Assembly: GCA_964016885.1 (NCBI GenBank)
Contig: OZ024740.1
Span: forward strand, 381,796,001-381,860,000
Direction of reading: 5' to 3'
Source of the DNA: Eledone cirrhosa
Lineage: Eukaryota
Length of the DNA stretch: 64,000 nucleotides
Below the pieces are notes generated by a model. That model saw only the letters and a program-made list of their open reading frames with translations. It searched no databases and was not told the DNA's origin. The position numbers and the translations under genes are program-made. This document shows positions 26,381 through 40,927 of the stretch, in pieces (within the stretch, counting starts at the first letter, position 1; every line of letters starts with the position of its first letter).

Positions 26381-27777
26381 ATATATATGTCTCTTTGTAA
26401 TTTCCGTATATTGAATTTCATAATAATGTCATATAAAGGAGAGATCCTTGTTCTTGCCTACAAACAGTAACTGGTGATACTAAGGAAAATATAGTGTTCT
26501 GGTATATTTCATTTCATAACCCATGGTAACAAGTGAGTCTCTCGTTCCTCACAAGATACAAATAACTGATAAATTTCGATGAAGATAATGCCCATCTTTC
26601 TTAAGGGGATAAAAGAAAATAACAGCAACTTGATACAAAACTAAACAAACATGTTTTGGGTTCTCCTTCTGGGGTTATCATAAAATGGTTTAGTATCAAT
26701 GGCTTTGATTTCCTTGAAAAGGCTCTTTGCTTTATAAGAAATATTAATGTGTGGCTTTTTTTACTTTTTGATATGAATTCAATTTCTTCGCTATTCTATG
26801 TTTGTCTACGGACCAGTGCAGTCATATTCAAGTTCATATAAACTTTTTATATTTCTTGTTTGGTTTGCTCACTTATTTATCTTTGAAAAAAACCTTACAT
26901 CTATTACGATTTAGCACACGTTCGTGTGCTAAATTTAGCACACTTTAGCACACTTTAGTGAAAAGGCTTTAGTGATAGATGGAATTAAGAATCTGTACAC
27001 TCATCGTTTAATGTATGTCTAAATTTCCATTCGATGCTTGAATGTTCTCTATCTGGTGTTTGTTTATAGTCACAAGATCGATAGTAATTGTCCAGTATTG
27101 ATTTGTTTTTCATTTCTGCACAATCTGAAAAGGGCTCGGTGTATTCTATGATATACATGTACATAGTGTTTTGTAGTTGTTTTAAATGTGTATACTAAAG
27201 GGAAAACGTCACCCAAAGAGCCGGATAACATTATATAACAGGTTATCTACTTATGATATAACCTTTTCTGTGCTCATTCAATTAAGTAAAATATGCAGCA
27301 CAGTATAGTCAAACAAAGAAATTCTTTTTCCCTTCATAACAATGGTCAACTCTTCCAAATTTATTCAAAAACTGTTATATCTAAACATGATTCCAGATTC
27401 CTAATGAATGTGAGTTTCGTTTATATTAACAATATTAGCTATGCTATATACTGCAGAATAATATATAATGAATTTTATGTGTTACGGTAGGAAGATATAA
27501 TGTTAAGGAGTTATATTAGATTTTCTGCATTTCCTATATTATTGAAAACTTAATCGAATATACGACATAATTATATATATAGACATAATTATAAGAACCA
27601 TGAATCATAGTAATTCTTATATTGCTTTCTTGGATAAAAACAACTTCAGAGTAATGTACAAATATTTCATTACTGTCTATTGAAAATTAACCTTTGAATT
27701 TACTGAAGTTTTACTTTACGACTAGAGATTTCTCCAAAGTATATTTCATTTATATCATCATACGTTTTCTTAAATAT

Positions 27778-27961
27778 TTGTTTCTACTTTAGGCACAAGG
27801 CCAGCAATTACCCAGTTCATTACTGGTACTTTATTTTATCGACCCCGTAAGGATGAAAGGCAAAGTCAACCTCGGCGGGATTTGAACTCAGATCGTAAAG
27901 GGTCGTAACTATGCTGGAAAGCATGGCGTCCGACCCTCTACTGATACTGCCAATCCACCAC
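27778..27961 (-). mobile_element. tRNA-derived SINE with TSD
   Basis: Full SINE flanked by tacgtttt(t)cttaaatatt on both sides. Confidence 0.92.
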
Positions 27962-28419
27962 TTACGTTTTCTTAAATATTGCCCTCTTAATTTAGAGGTT
28001 TTTGCTCTTCAATATATTTTGTTGCGTATAAGAATTGCAATGTCAATGAAAGTTTCAAAAATGTTTCTTATAATGGAAGCCAGTGTACAAATAACTTGTT
28101 TGGTAAGTTTCACGTTTACACATTTCAGATTTTTTTCATGTTTAAAGCTAGAACCGATTCAAATAATTATTTTTTTGGACCCTATTCAATAACAAATACG
28201 AATTTCTTTGATAGAATATACGTAGGTTTATTAAATATTTCATAGAGTTGTAACTACCATCTTACATCGTGTTATTTCTCGAACCAGTCAATCAGCCAAA
28301 TATTTCTATATTTTCTTAAACAGATGTGATAATGTGGATTTGATACACTGCAATACTAACAGTATTTTTCTCCTTCTGTAATATTTCACTAGCAATTAGT
28401 TGTTATGTGCAGCATGGTA

Positions 28420-28800
28420 ATTGGACTCAGATCAGTCCCTGATCTCAGAGGCTCAATACAGCGAGTGCTGGTAGAAATGTGGTCACTGCCTATGAAGTAA
28501 GACGATTAAGGATTGTGCGTAACGTCCCAATTACGATGGATACGATCTCTACATGGTGATCAGTTCTAATAGCACCTGTAAGGTCTACATACTTATTGAT
28601 CTTCTTCATTTCATTTTCTGCCACATTCTGGACTGGGTAGATCGTAATATCCTCATGTTTAAATCCATTATATTCTCCATTACTAAACGTGATTATTCAG
28701 GTGTGCAAATGTTTTGCAACAAACATGAAAGGTCCTAAACGGTTTGCTTAACTGCATATCGTTTTTATATTCTAGATAGCCGAAACTGGTCTCATGAATC
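28420..28800 (-). mobile_element. Old R4/Dong-like non-LTR 3' fragment (restriction-like endonuclease)
   Basis: Minus strand reads NVAENEMKKINKYVDL..AI...HVEIVSIVIGTL, resembling the E.EK..KY.DL...IVPIVIG.LG motif. Confidence 0.55.
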
Positions 28801-30283
28801 TGTATTTTGCTTTCTACACTTTTCGTTTAGCACGCCAAATAATTTCTTTTAGGCTTGACAAAGCCCTGTGTAATTTATAACTACTCTGAAAATATGGTGA
28901 ATATCACTCCGGTATGGGATACAGTTTCATTTTTGGTGATTATGTTTCTTTTTTAATAATTTCACCGCCTATTATTTATAACCCTATTCGTTCACCGTGT
29001 TCTCATTGTTGAACAATATTGAAAGAAAATATCTGCTGGTTGCGTCTGGTGGTGGGTAGCCTTGCTCTTTGGCAATTTATTTCTAAGGTTGTGACTTGTG
29101 CTCTGGGAGCAACAGATTCTAGAAGCTGCTACTGTTATGATTGAATCATTTACGACTACTCATGTCCCATATATGTTTATCCAACTGCTAATAACAGAAG
29201 ACACTGAACTGGTCATTATGTAATACGTGTAATAGCTAGGAATTCTACTCTGCAGCAACACGCACATTATTTCTTTTTCTCTTTTTCTACACTCAATGTG
29301 TGCGACTTTGAATTAACCTGCAAAATGTTTAAAAGCAGACATTCGGTTATATAAGTAGTATAAAAACCACGCGCCATTGCAGAAGATTTTCCTCAAGAAG
29401 TTTACTTTCAACTGTTCTTTTGAGAGCATGAAATATATTGGTTTTTAGATTTGCAGAAATATAAGGCCTTCCTCCTTCCTGGCATTATAATAAAGACTTC
29501 TCTCAGAGAAGCTACTGTTTTGTTGACATATGCCTGTTAGGTAGGTTACCTTTCTCCACAAAGTCAAAAGCATTACTTTCTACTTTATTGTTACCAACAC
29601 AAACGAAAGATTCACTGGCTGTCTCTTCAGTCGCTTGTTTACTTTCCTTGGCAAAAGATCTTTGTTTTATACTTGTTTATTTAATCTTCGTTTGTTAAAA
29701 TGTCGTTGTGATGGGAAATAACTTTTTTTTACACTTCTATTTTCGGTGTTACACATTTCTACACTATACCTCAAGCCACCATATGTTATATGTAAAAACA
29801 CAATGAAATATTGTAACATGATATTCTTTATATCACAACAGCATCTGTTCCGCTTCTTTGCGTTTTAAGTTCAAATTTTGCTTCCTTCTACCGGTAAACA
29901 CGTGGCGGGAAACGGGGCTTTGAGATCCGACTAACACTTATATGTTTCTAATGTAAGACAGACGTATATTTTGGTTGCAACAATATACATGAATTCTAAA
30001 TGCTGACCATACGGTACAAATACTGTCATAAAAAATGTACTTCTAAGCCACATTTCAACAAGTTAGTGATAGCCTGAATTCTTGTTTTCCAAAATCTATA
30101 TTTAGATTCCTCTTGAGATGAAATGAATGAAAGTGTATGATTCTGTTTGTGAATCTATGATGTATATGTATCGATTTTTCTATCTATATTTGTATATATT
30201 TTCGAGAGTCCTCTCCTTTTCTTTCTCTGTGTCTCTCTTTCTCTCCCTTTAGATATTACTTGGATTACCTTAAACGATATCTC

Positions 30284-30327
<44 letters not shown>

Positions 30328-30541
30328 GACGATTTGTTATGTCTACATTACGTTTATTGATTGGTGACGCGCGTTTGTCTATTGATCAGCTCAAGGTTCA
30401 ATATGTATCGATCTGGCCCAATTCTGGAATCAGAAGATCGGTGGACCTCTGCTGTGATGACGGAAGGTTACAGACGTGAATATAAACATCGAGTGCTCAG
30501 CTCGGTGAATCGACAGTGACTGAACGTTACACTCATTGTGG

Positions 30542-30611
<70 letters not shown>

Positions 30612-30879
30612 GGAGAAGGGGAAAGAGGGAGACAGAGAGAAGTGAGTGATGCCCATTTTGCTTTTGTTTTGGGGGCTGTCCGCCCCGTTTATATGTGGCG
30701 AAAGTTAGTTTTTTAATTCAATTTTCAAATTCCACCGGCGTCTTCGTATTACGAGATGTTTACACACACACCCACACACACACTAAAAAACACACATACA
30801 CACATGTGTGTTTGTGTGTATATATGTATGTTTGTATGTATATGTATATGTCTTACACCATCTTGTTTTTGTGTGTAGG

Positions 30880-31095
30880 ACAATATTGTGTAGGACAGAA
30901 CATAGGAGAGACACAAAAGGAAAACCTGGTCACTGACGAGGTCAAATAATTTGTGACGAAAGAGCGTTGACAATATATAAACAAACTTCCGGTTATCTAA
31001 CAAAACAACCAACCGGAAATTTATAATAAAGTAAAGTGAAATCCAACAGGTGCGTTTGTTTCTATTGGCAGCATGACCCTCCGAAAGTATAACAA
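30880..31095 (+). mobile_element. PLE-type terminus with degenerate hammerhead (30929-30971)
   Basis: gtca ctgacga g gtca...tgac gaaa gagcgt tgac; ends ttggcagcatgaccctccgaaagtataacaa then (TA)n; same tail alone at 18291-18323 (-) and 56180-56212 (+). Confidence 0.6.
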
Positions 31096-31121
31096 TATAT
31101 ATATGTATGAATATATATATT

Positions 31122-31250
31122 GTGAAGGCGTGTGGCTGATTGTTGGTTAGAGAACTGGATTCGCAATCGTGAGGTTGTCAGTTCAATTCCTGGACCGGGT
31201 GATGCGTTAATTCCCTGAGCAAGACACTTTATTTCACGTTGCTCCTTCTA
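31122..31250 (+). mobile_element. Second tRNA-derived SINE family (CORE/V-like central domain), 3'-truncated
   Basis: A-box-like tggctgattgttggttag, B-box agttcaattcc, then ctgagcaagacacttttatttcacgttgctcc. Confidence 0.7.
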
Positions 31251-31368
31251 CCTGGAGTTGTGACCGATAGATAGCATTAACAATTTGAAAGAACAAACAG
31301 AAACATGGACTGAGTGCTCTACCACTACGGATATTATCTTCCAGTGTTCTACCACTATATATATATAT

Positions 31369-31660
31369 GTAGAAGTTGTATTTAATTTGTTGGAAGTCCG
31401 ACAAACATAAATGTTTATAACTGATTTAGAACACTCAACATATTACTGGAGTAAATAATCCATGATATTAAATAAATGGAAACTATATTTATAAAACCAT
31501 ATTTATTTTATTATATATATTTCAAGGGCAACCAAGACAACATTGGTGCGCTTTCATCAGAGAAAATACAAAGTTTGTTTTATAAATAGAGACGTACCCA
31601 TGAAAATTCTACCTTATCGGTTGCAAATTCACTGGATAGTGGAAACATATTAGGGATTAT
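31369..31660 (-). mobile_element. Diverged family B PLE-type terminus
   Basis: Homologous to 13950-14240 (atattaaataaatggaaactatatttataaaaccatattt). Confidence 0.75.
31505..31567 (-). ncRNA. Type I hammerhead, diverged family B
   Basis: Minus strand: attttct ctgatga aagcgcaccaa tgttgtc ttggttgccctt gaaa tatata ta ataaaat; stem II sequence differs from other family B copies but pairing is kept. Confidence 0.75.
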
Positions 31661-32817
31661 TCAAACTTATGTGTGAATATGCAAATGATGTGTAAATAAT
31701 TGAAAAATCAACCGTTTATTTAAATGACACTGGAGAAAGATAGGGAAGAGAGTGAGCGAGAGAGAGAAAAGATATCAATATTACGAGATAGATAGAGAGA
31801 AGAAATTTAAAAGAGGATGAATAGAACTCATGTAACGTAAATATGGGGTATAAATTTTAAGTTTATATCTACTAATGGTACGTATATTTACTATTATTTA
31901 GTTGTTAGAATTCTTTTTAATATAATATTTACTGTTATAAGTAGATAGAAAAATAAATAGATATATATAGAAAAATAAATACATATAAAAATTAGATAGA
32001 AAAATATATGGAAAAATAAATAGATAGAAACATAGATAAATAGAAGAATAAATAAATAGAACATAGACAGATAGAAAAATACGTAGAAAAATAAATAGAA
32101 AAATAAAAAAATAAATAAATGGGTATATCGTGTTATAGATAATTGTTTTAATGAGTTATGAGGGATATTGGTTTATATTTAACGTAAGTAATTAAGTTAA
32201 CTGGGTTAAGAATATTTATATTTATATATTTTAAATATTTTAATTTGGGAAGATACGGAAAAAACTCCAGTTTTGTTTATTTATTAGTTAGTATAAGACC
32301 ATTTTGTGAAAATAAGTTTCAATGTTAATGTTGAAAGATATATTTAGCCTGAATTAGTTAGTGGTTATAAATCTAATAAAAGATGTTAAAACATTTTTTT
32401 ATTAAAAATATTAAAAAATATAAAAAATTCGGGAAAATTTTAAAACAATTTAAAAACATTTTAAAATTTTATAAAAACTTTATAGAAAATTTAATAAAAA
32501 TTTAATAAAAATTCTAAAAAATATTTTATAAGAGATAAGTAGATCTAAAAAAAAAAAAAAAAATTAGTATTTTTTTTTTAAATAAGTAATTTTTAACATA
32601 TATGAAAGATTTAAGAAGTAAAAAATAAAAAAATGAAAGATTTAAGAAGTAAAAATTAAAAAATTAAAAATAAAGAATTAAAAGACTTAAAATAATTAAA
32701 ATTAAAGTTAATATTAAGAATTAAAATTTAACAATTTAGGATCATATATGTATATAATTTAAGACATTTTATATACAAAGTGTTAAAACGATCAAATTTT
32801 AGTTTTGAACATTTATT

Positions 32818-32864
32818 TGCTGACAATAGTTTCTTCCAGGGGGAAGTCTGGGATCATCGGAGCA
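32818..32864 (-). ncRNA. Type I hammerhead, family C, one core mutation
   Basis: Minus strand: tgct ccgatga tcccag acttcccc ctggaa gaaa ctattg tc agca. Confidence 0.65.
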
Positions 32865-33904
32865 TAAGGAATGTGGAAACATGTGACTAAAGTCCTAGTC
32901 ATTTAGAACATTTAGGGTACATAATTGTTATTAGTGTCAAAGGCATCATGTGGAGAGTCGGGAGTTAAAAAGATGTTCTGCTTGAAATAGCACAATTACA
33001 GGCAGCATTGGTTGGAAGTGTAATAGTTATAAGTAAAAGTAAAATAACAAGCAAAAAAGAAAATCACAAGTAAAAATCACACAAGCAAAGAAGTTATAAG
33101 CAAGGACAATTGGTGTACAATGCAGGAGTGAATACAGTCAATAAGGCATGTATGAGGAAAGAGTTATAATGCAGTTGAAATAAACATATTTTGTGTGGGG
33201 GTGTTAAAGCATGTTATAATTGTTATAAATGTTTAAGATAGTGTGCAATTTGTTTGTGAGGCATGTGGTGGTAATGTAGGTATTTGTTATGTAAGGTGTA
33301 ATGCAAAGCACTAGATAGAGTTGGGTATGTGATTTTCATTTAAGTGTTTTTGTGTTGTAGTTCGTATTTATGTGTATGTGTTGTTTGTTACTCACAGCTA
33401 TTAACCATGGGATTATTTTAAGTCGTTTATAGTCAATAGGTGTTTGTTTGTTAAATGTAAATTCCGCCGAATCACTGGCCATGTTGTTATTTTAGGTATA
33501 TTATTTTATGCATTTTTTATCTACAAATTATATTTTCTAGGTTTTGTATTAACTGTTATTAAGCAGTTGCTGCTCAATTTTATAGGTTTACACAGGAAGT
33601 TGTAAAGTGGGTTAATAACAAAGGGAGGTAATTAATGTTGTTGATAAATTAAGGGTTGTTTTAATATTGTGGTAGTGTTATAAATTAATCTATATAGAGT
33701 ATATAAAATATTAAATATTACTGGTTATATAATTGTTATCTTTTAAACTTGTGTGGAGGGGGTTAAAAACATTTATTAATTTAGTTTATTATAACTAGAT
33801 AGTTTTACATAGTTAGTATATGTATGTATAGTATACGTTATACACATGTGTGAGAATGCATATATAAATATACATATATACACACACACATATGTGCACA
33901 CACG

Positions 33905-33946
<42 letters not shown>

Positions 33947-34167
33947 CATACATACTCATTGTGTAGAGATAGTTGAAGCTTTTTATGACAGGATAGTGAG
34001 TTGCATAATATATACTGGAGTAATTGGAGTTATATACACAGTTGTCTGCTATTTAGTTGGTGTTGTATATTGATAGTTTAGTAGAGTATCTATATTATTT
34101 AAATCTTTTAATTGTATAAGGTATATTATATTGTATTGGAAAATGTGTGAAATGCTTGGTACAGTTA

Positions 34168-34301
34168 GGTATATTTGAAAAAAGTAAAAGAATAACTTTA
34201 CAATTTGATTTAATCTTATAATATTATGAGTTGGTAGATCTAGTAAGTACTTTGTTAACTTCGCTGGGAAGATTTAAAGGAATTAAAGCATACACACACA
34301 A

Positions 34302-34334
<33 letters not shown>

Positions 34335-34532
34335 AAAACACACATATATATATATATATAAAAACAAACCAGGATTTTTCATTCTGAGGATTGAAAGCAA
34401 AACCTTTTGCTTTTAAGAAACCACTGGTAAATGGAATAATTGCCTTATGTTGTTTATTACATAATAATAATAATTAAGCTCTGTTGCTTACATAGAGCAC
34501 TCTTTTTTCCTGGACTTTTCCGATGGAATTAC

Positions 34533-34588
<56 letters not shown>

Positions 34589-35200
34589 GACACAGAAAGT
34601 GGTGAATGGTGACAGCAAGTTAATGGCTTGGGAGTGCTATTGGTTTTTTTAAAGAGTGTTTCAGAAAGGGGCTATAATGGTACCCTCCTGCTTGTTCCAT
34701 TGGTCATTTATTGAAATGGAATCAGCGGGAGGGCACTTTTACAGCACCTTTTTTAAACACTCTTACAAGAACCCAATAGCACTCCCAACTCATCATCTTG
34801 CTGTCATTATTCACCATTTTCCGTGTATATATGTATATATATGTGTGAGTATGTGTGTGTGTATGTGTGTGTGTGTATTCATGCTTTAATTCCTTTAAAT
34901 CTTCAACACTCCTTCACTCCCAGACTCATTATCACTGCACCCCAGCTCTCAGACACATCCAAATCTCTCTTATATATAGAGTCACACATCACAACACAAC
35001 CTGATATCAGTTTCACAATCGCCATCGACGAAAGCAAGAAAGTTCTCCAGGAAAGTTAACCAGGAATCTTTAAAAATTTTCCCAGCGAAGTTAACAAAGA
35101 ACTTACTAGATCTTCCAACTCATAATATTATAATATTATAAAATTAATTCAAATTGTTTACAACTACAAGAGAAGTAATTCTTTTCCTGTTTTCAAATAT
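34168..35200. repeat. Nested imperfect inverted repeat of about 1 kb
   Basis: 34594-34821 is an imperfect palindrome; 34168-34291 is inverted in two pieces at 34882-34903 and 35078-35200. Confidence 0.75.
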
Positions 35201-35573
35201 ATATAAATACAAAAACGGAGAAAGCTAATAGCGATACTCCGGCCAAATTCCAACTCACTCAACAAACATTTAGGATATATCTGAGTATATTCCTAATTAA
35301 ACGTTCGGGGTGCTAACTATATTGCATTGTGTGGAGAATTGGCTGTATCATTTCATATGAGATATATCAAATATATCTCTTCCCAGACGAGTCGTTTCAT
35401 TATAAGATTTCTACAATTTGGGTGAAATTATACCAAATAATGTAGAAGCTTGTATAAGATCAACAGATACTTATACAAGTACACTCTTATAATTCTTCAG
35501 TGGCTGCCCAATAATATTAATATTGATAAACAAATCAACATCAATATTTACCGATAATCACCATCAGTGTTTG

Positions 35574-35645
<72 letters not shown>

Positions 35646-35647
35646 GA

Positions 35648-36116
35648 AAGTATGTATAGTATATTTGCCAATATACCGTATATTTAATTAAAAAAGCCGA
35701 TAGCGTATGGTCTTCTAAATGTTTTTAATTAAACGTACAGTTTATTGCCAAATATACTATACATACATTTATGTATACATCGCTATTTCAGAGCACCAAT
35801 CCTAATATATAATTTTTGCTGGACCGGCAATCGCTCTGTATAATCCGCTCCTGATTATTACTGGAATTCTATAAGAATCCAGTTTCTATAATTTTCGGCG
35901 AAAGCAGGCGGTTGGCGACTCTGATCATCGCCAACCAGCGTGAAACATTCTTTTAGCTTCTCTCCCTTCTTTCTCCGCGATAAAGTGACATAGTCACTAC
36001 TTTAAAACAGATAGCATATGGTCTTCTAAATATTTTTACTTAATCATATAGTATATTGCCAAATATAATATACATACATTCATGTATACATCGCTATTTC
36101 AGAGCACCAATCCTAA

Positions 36117-36118
<2 letters not shown>
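35648..36118. repeat. Inverted plus direct repeat element between (TA)n tracts
   Basis: 35648-35693 inverted at 35721-35766; 35699-35807 directly repeated at 36010-36117. Confidence 0.7.
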
Positions 36119-36169
<51 letters not shown>

Positions 36170-36174
36170 TTAAT

Positions 36175-36360
36175 AATTGTTTCTACTATTTGCACAAGGC
36201 CAGCAAATACCCAGTACATTACTGGTACATTATTTTATCGACCCCGTAAGGATGAAAGGCAAAGTTAACCTCGGTGGGATTTGAACTCAGAATGGCAAGG
36301 GCCGTAACTCTAAGCGTCAAGGCAATGCGTCCGACCCTCTACCGATACTGTCAATTCACC
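36175..36360 (-). mobile_element. tRNA-derived SINE, main family
   Basis: Full match to the other copies. Confidence 0.9.
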
Positions 36361-36618
36361 GATGAATTAAAACACATAAAATTTGTTAGAATTTTGTTTC
36401 TCAATAAGCGAATTCAATAGACATTATCCAGAGCCATAATAAATCAAATGAAAAAGATATATGTTTATATATATGTAGAAAGAAAGAACCATATATCGTA
36501 TAGGAAACACAGTATATTGTATATATACCAAATACATATTCCATCGAAAAATATGTACTCAGGTGGAATCATTAGAGAGACCTTATAGCGCTATTTCATA
36601 TTGAGTATTTTTACATAG

Positions 36619-36692
<74 letters not shown>

Positions 36693-36846
36693 TTATTTAT
36701 TTACGTAGACCACGGAGCGTATGCGCATGGACGCATCTGTACCGTGTCGTATTTATGACAGTATTGTATAACCTCAATGTACGAGAACAGAGCCGTTATA
36801 TGTAAAAGAAATCAAAGAACGCCTACATACTCATACAATTTTATTT

Positions 36847-36891
36847 GCTGACAATGTTTCATCCATACCATTGGGCAGGAATCATCAGAGC
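36847..36891 (-). ncRNA. Type I hammerhead, family C, in a PLE-type terminus starting near 36703
   Basis: Minus strand: gct ctgatga ttcctgcccaatggtatggat gaaa cattg tc agc; predicted cleavage GUC|AGCAAAUAAA. Confidence 0.72.
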
Positions 36892-38243
36892 TTTATAAAC
36901 AAAAATACAGTGCTGAGTATAAGCTCTACCAAGCTTAGTCACATGAACATTAGAAATACAATAGAGGGTAACAAGAGGGAGATCGGAAATGGCGAGTATG
37001 GAGAATGCATAGTGGGGTTGTTATTCAGCACTACAGCTAAATGCAATGGTACAGGCAGATTTGTTAACAAGATGCAGAAGCACGTGTGGGCACACACAAG
37101 CAAAAAGTATAAACAATAGTTAAAACATAATAATAAAGTAAAAGGAAAATAATAATATAAAGACATAAACAAATTAAAAAAGAAAAAAGAAAAAGTTTTA
37201 AAGCACACAAAAAACAAAGGAAGCTATGCGTTGGTCACTATATATAACAGGTGATTTAGTTCTCCATAACTTAGAGTTATAGAAATACTAAAAGGCTCCC
37301 AAGGTACCTTCAGAAAGCCTAAATGGGATTTTAATCCTCCCCATAGTATACATAATGAAGGAATACTAATAGGTTACGGAATTATGTGCTAAACCTATAT
37401 ATAGACAAGTACTACATAAATACAAGCCAAACACAAGCAAAGCGGGGTTATTGCATGATCAAGTTAAAGCAAGAATACATAACAAAAATGGTTTAGTTCC
37501 TAAAAAAACACACATCTGGCGAGGCGTCACTACATATGTGTATCTACCGTAGAGTTTAGTCCAATCGGTTTCATATACAGTCCAATCGGTTTCATATGCC
37601 TCGATTGTCTAGGAGTTATAAAGATAGTGGATTATCCGTAGATAGTAATTCGGTCCAGAGTTTACAACATATGTAGATCGTCCGTAAAGTGCAATCCAGT
37701 CGGATTTATACGATCACCAACACATAACATCACATATAGTTACATGCAATACAGGCTGAATTTACACATCAAAAAAATCCCCACATGTTCAAAATCCCAG
37801 ATCGTGAAGTACAATGTGTCCAAGTTGCAGCTCCAGATTCTGTACAACCAAATTCGTCACAACTAATCCAGCCGCGAACACGTCAAAACAATGCCAGGTT
37901 AAGTGTAGCAGTAGTTCACCGTTGACCAAAAGCATACAGCACGTGGATTAACAATCTATACATAATAGAAAATAACACAAAGTACTCAAATCAGTAAATC
38001 CACCAGGTACCCCAGTATGTATATTAGGTGGGGTCATACCCAAACAGGCATACAAAAATTATATAAGACAGCTTACATACCCCGCGGAAATTTAGGAATT
38101 CGGCTCCATAAAAAATAAACACACGCTACTTCGTTCTTCACCGCTATGGGTATATCCACATCAATTCATGACGTAGAAGGTACATACGGGGTGTTACTCC
38201 CTTCAGTCACCAAATAATGACGTTACAGTGGTAATGTCTAAAC

Positions 38244-38588
<345 letters not shown>

Positions 38589-39103
38589 TATATATATATA
38601 TTTATATCTTCCATATACTGTACCGATTGAGTTGTTATCTCTCTTTACCTTTTACACACACACACATATATATATATGTATATATATAGCTTCCTATGAC
38701 ACTGTTACGGTCAGAAACGCGTACACACAGAGTTTCATAAACTGATAAACATACGCATACCTTACACCTTCATACTTACAACAAACACACTACCACCCTT
38801 AATCTTATATATACACACACAATCCTCTTAGCTTTGTGCGGAAAAATAACAAACAGACATACATACAACCACGTACACGCATTCGCTCTCTATACAAACA
38901 GATTTTTTTCTGTCCATCTAGACGCATTCGATCACCGTATTCACAAGACCAACTGATTTTCTTTTACAACAACGCCAGAATCAACAGTTTCCCAAGTGAT
39001 GGCGAATTGAATAGACCATTTTTTTTTTCAACGAAATTTGTTTCGTTTCTGCAACTGCCAACTCTCCTCTATCCTTATATTGCTTCTTTAATTCCTTATT
39101 TTA

Positions 39104-39143
39104 TTTTCTCATGAAGGACTAGCGTTCGAAATGTACGTTAAAA
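39104..39143 (+). ncRNA. Degenerate minimal hammerhead, same family as 18055
   Basis: tttt ctcatga aggactagcgttc gaaa tgtacg tt aaaa; downstream tail homologous to 18090-18175 and 38605-38655. Confidence 0.5.
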
Positions 39144-40478
39144 CTCTTATTCTACTATATCAAGCGTAATCTAACAATTTATTTCTTCCGTGTACTCTGT
39201 CAGATTCTTTGTTATTTCTGTTTGGCATTTCCATACACTCACACGCGCACACACACACACACACGCACACACACATACACACACACACACACACACATAC
39301 ACACAGACACTCACACACACACAAAATATATATATAGAGATATATAGATATATACATTGTATTTTTATAGAGATAGAAAAGCAAGCGGTTAACACATACG
39401 TTAGGAGTAAAAGAATATGAAAATGTACATTTATATAACATTGATCAACGTGATAATCTACGTCATAAGTCATATTACATCTTTTGCTTTCCTAAAGATA
39501 TTTCCATTCATATTCTATCAAGCTTAATACATGATAAGATAGCGAAATATGTGCTGTATACAATTTTAAATATACATGTTGCATATGATTCACAAAAGAT
39601 TTCGTCTACATTTAAATAGATAATAGTACCACTATTAACTCATATTCAATCGCTAACAATTACGTGCGCTGCACAATGAATGATATAAAAGATAACTTTC
39701 GCAGAAATATATTTCAGCCATTGCATATTTCCATCTATTCAATAAATGTCAATAGTGTAACAAAACAATATAATTGACAAATATATATTTCGGAATATAT
39801 ATTAATTGTCTGTCTGAACTATTATCTGATATACTGCACTAGCTGAAGTTCTATGGCTTTTGATTCATGGCCGAACTCTTATTCATAAACAGGTTCTCAA
39901 CTTATTGTGTGGCGAGATTTATCTCATTCACGTTTAACTCTCATTGTCAAAACATGGTTGACTAGATCACACTATGCTACAGTTAGAAAAGAAAAAGTTC
40001 GGTTGTCTAAGGAGAGCAGCCACCTCGCGTTAAATTACTTTATATTCTAAAGGCGAAGACACAGCTACAATAATTGGTAGTTTTATTGTCAATGACATAA
40101 AAGGTGCTAAGTTATAATGAGTGGGTGATTATATCATAAAATTTATTTAACACCCACTCATATAAATTTTAACATTCAGCTATGCTAGGTTGAATATTTT
40201 GTACACATTTTAGTTGAAATAAATTATTTCGTATAATATGCCTAAAGAAAAACATATCATCATTCAGAGCATGTTGCAATATATTATAGTGTATATCAAC
40301 TAATTAAACACAAACTTCATGATTTCTAAATGACAAGCATGTTTAGAATCTTTTATACTAAAATGATAACAATGGATTACATGTGGTGTAAAAAAATATT
40401 CCACTCTGTGGATACACCTCTTTAAGGAGAGAGGCTGGTAAATGTGTATGTGTGTGTGCGCGCGCGCGCGCGTGTGTA

Positions 40479-40510
<32 letters not shown>

Positions 40511-40559
40511 TGTGTGTGTGTGTGTGCGTGCGCGCGTGTGTGTGTGTGAGTGTGTCTGA

Positions 40560-40596
<37 letters not shown>

Positions 40597-40748
40597 TAAA
40601 AGAGCGGTAATGCTGGCAGTGATAGCGGCAGTGGCGATGTCGAAATTGTTCTTTTCTTAAATCACAATTCGAAAAGTGTTGTTTATTGACAAACTATAAT
40701 TGCGTGAAATATTCCATTTGGGGAGATTCAGTTATTGTTTTTATAAAT

Positions 40749-40927
40749 AATTGTTTCTACTTTAGGCACAAGGCCAGCAATTACCCAGTGCATTACTGGT
40801 ACTTTATTTTATCGACCCCGTAAGGATGAAAGGCAAAGTCAACCTCGGCGGGATTTGAACTCAGATCGTAAAGGGACGTAACTATGCTGGAAAGCATGGC
40901 GTCCGACCCTCTACCGATACTGCCAAA
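40749..40927 (-). mobile_element. tRNA-derived SINE, main family
   Basis: Near-identical to the 27778 and 48941 copies. Confidence 0.93.

Noticed and set aside
30355-30445. Possible minus-strand hammerhead ending gac-aaa-cgcgcg-tc
   Set aside because: Both core segments are too decayed to call
38690-38730. gtca-gaaa-cgcg-ta HHR-like 3' half; a similar half lies at 9235-9252
   Set aside because: No CUGANGA core or stem I found
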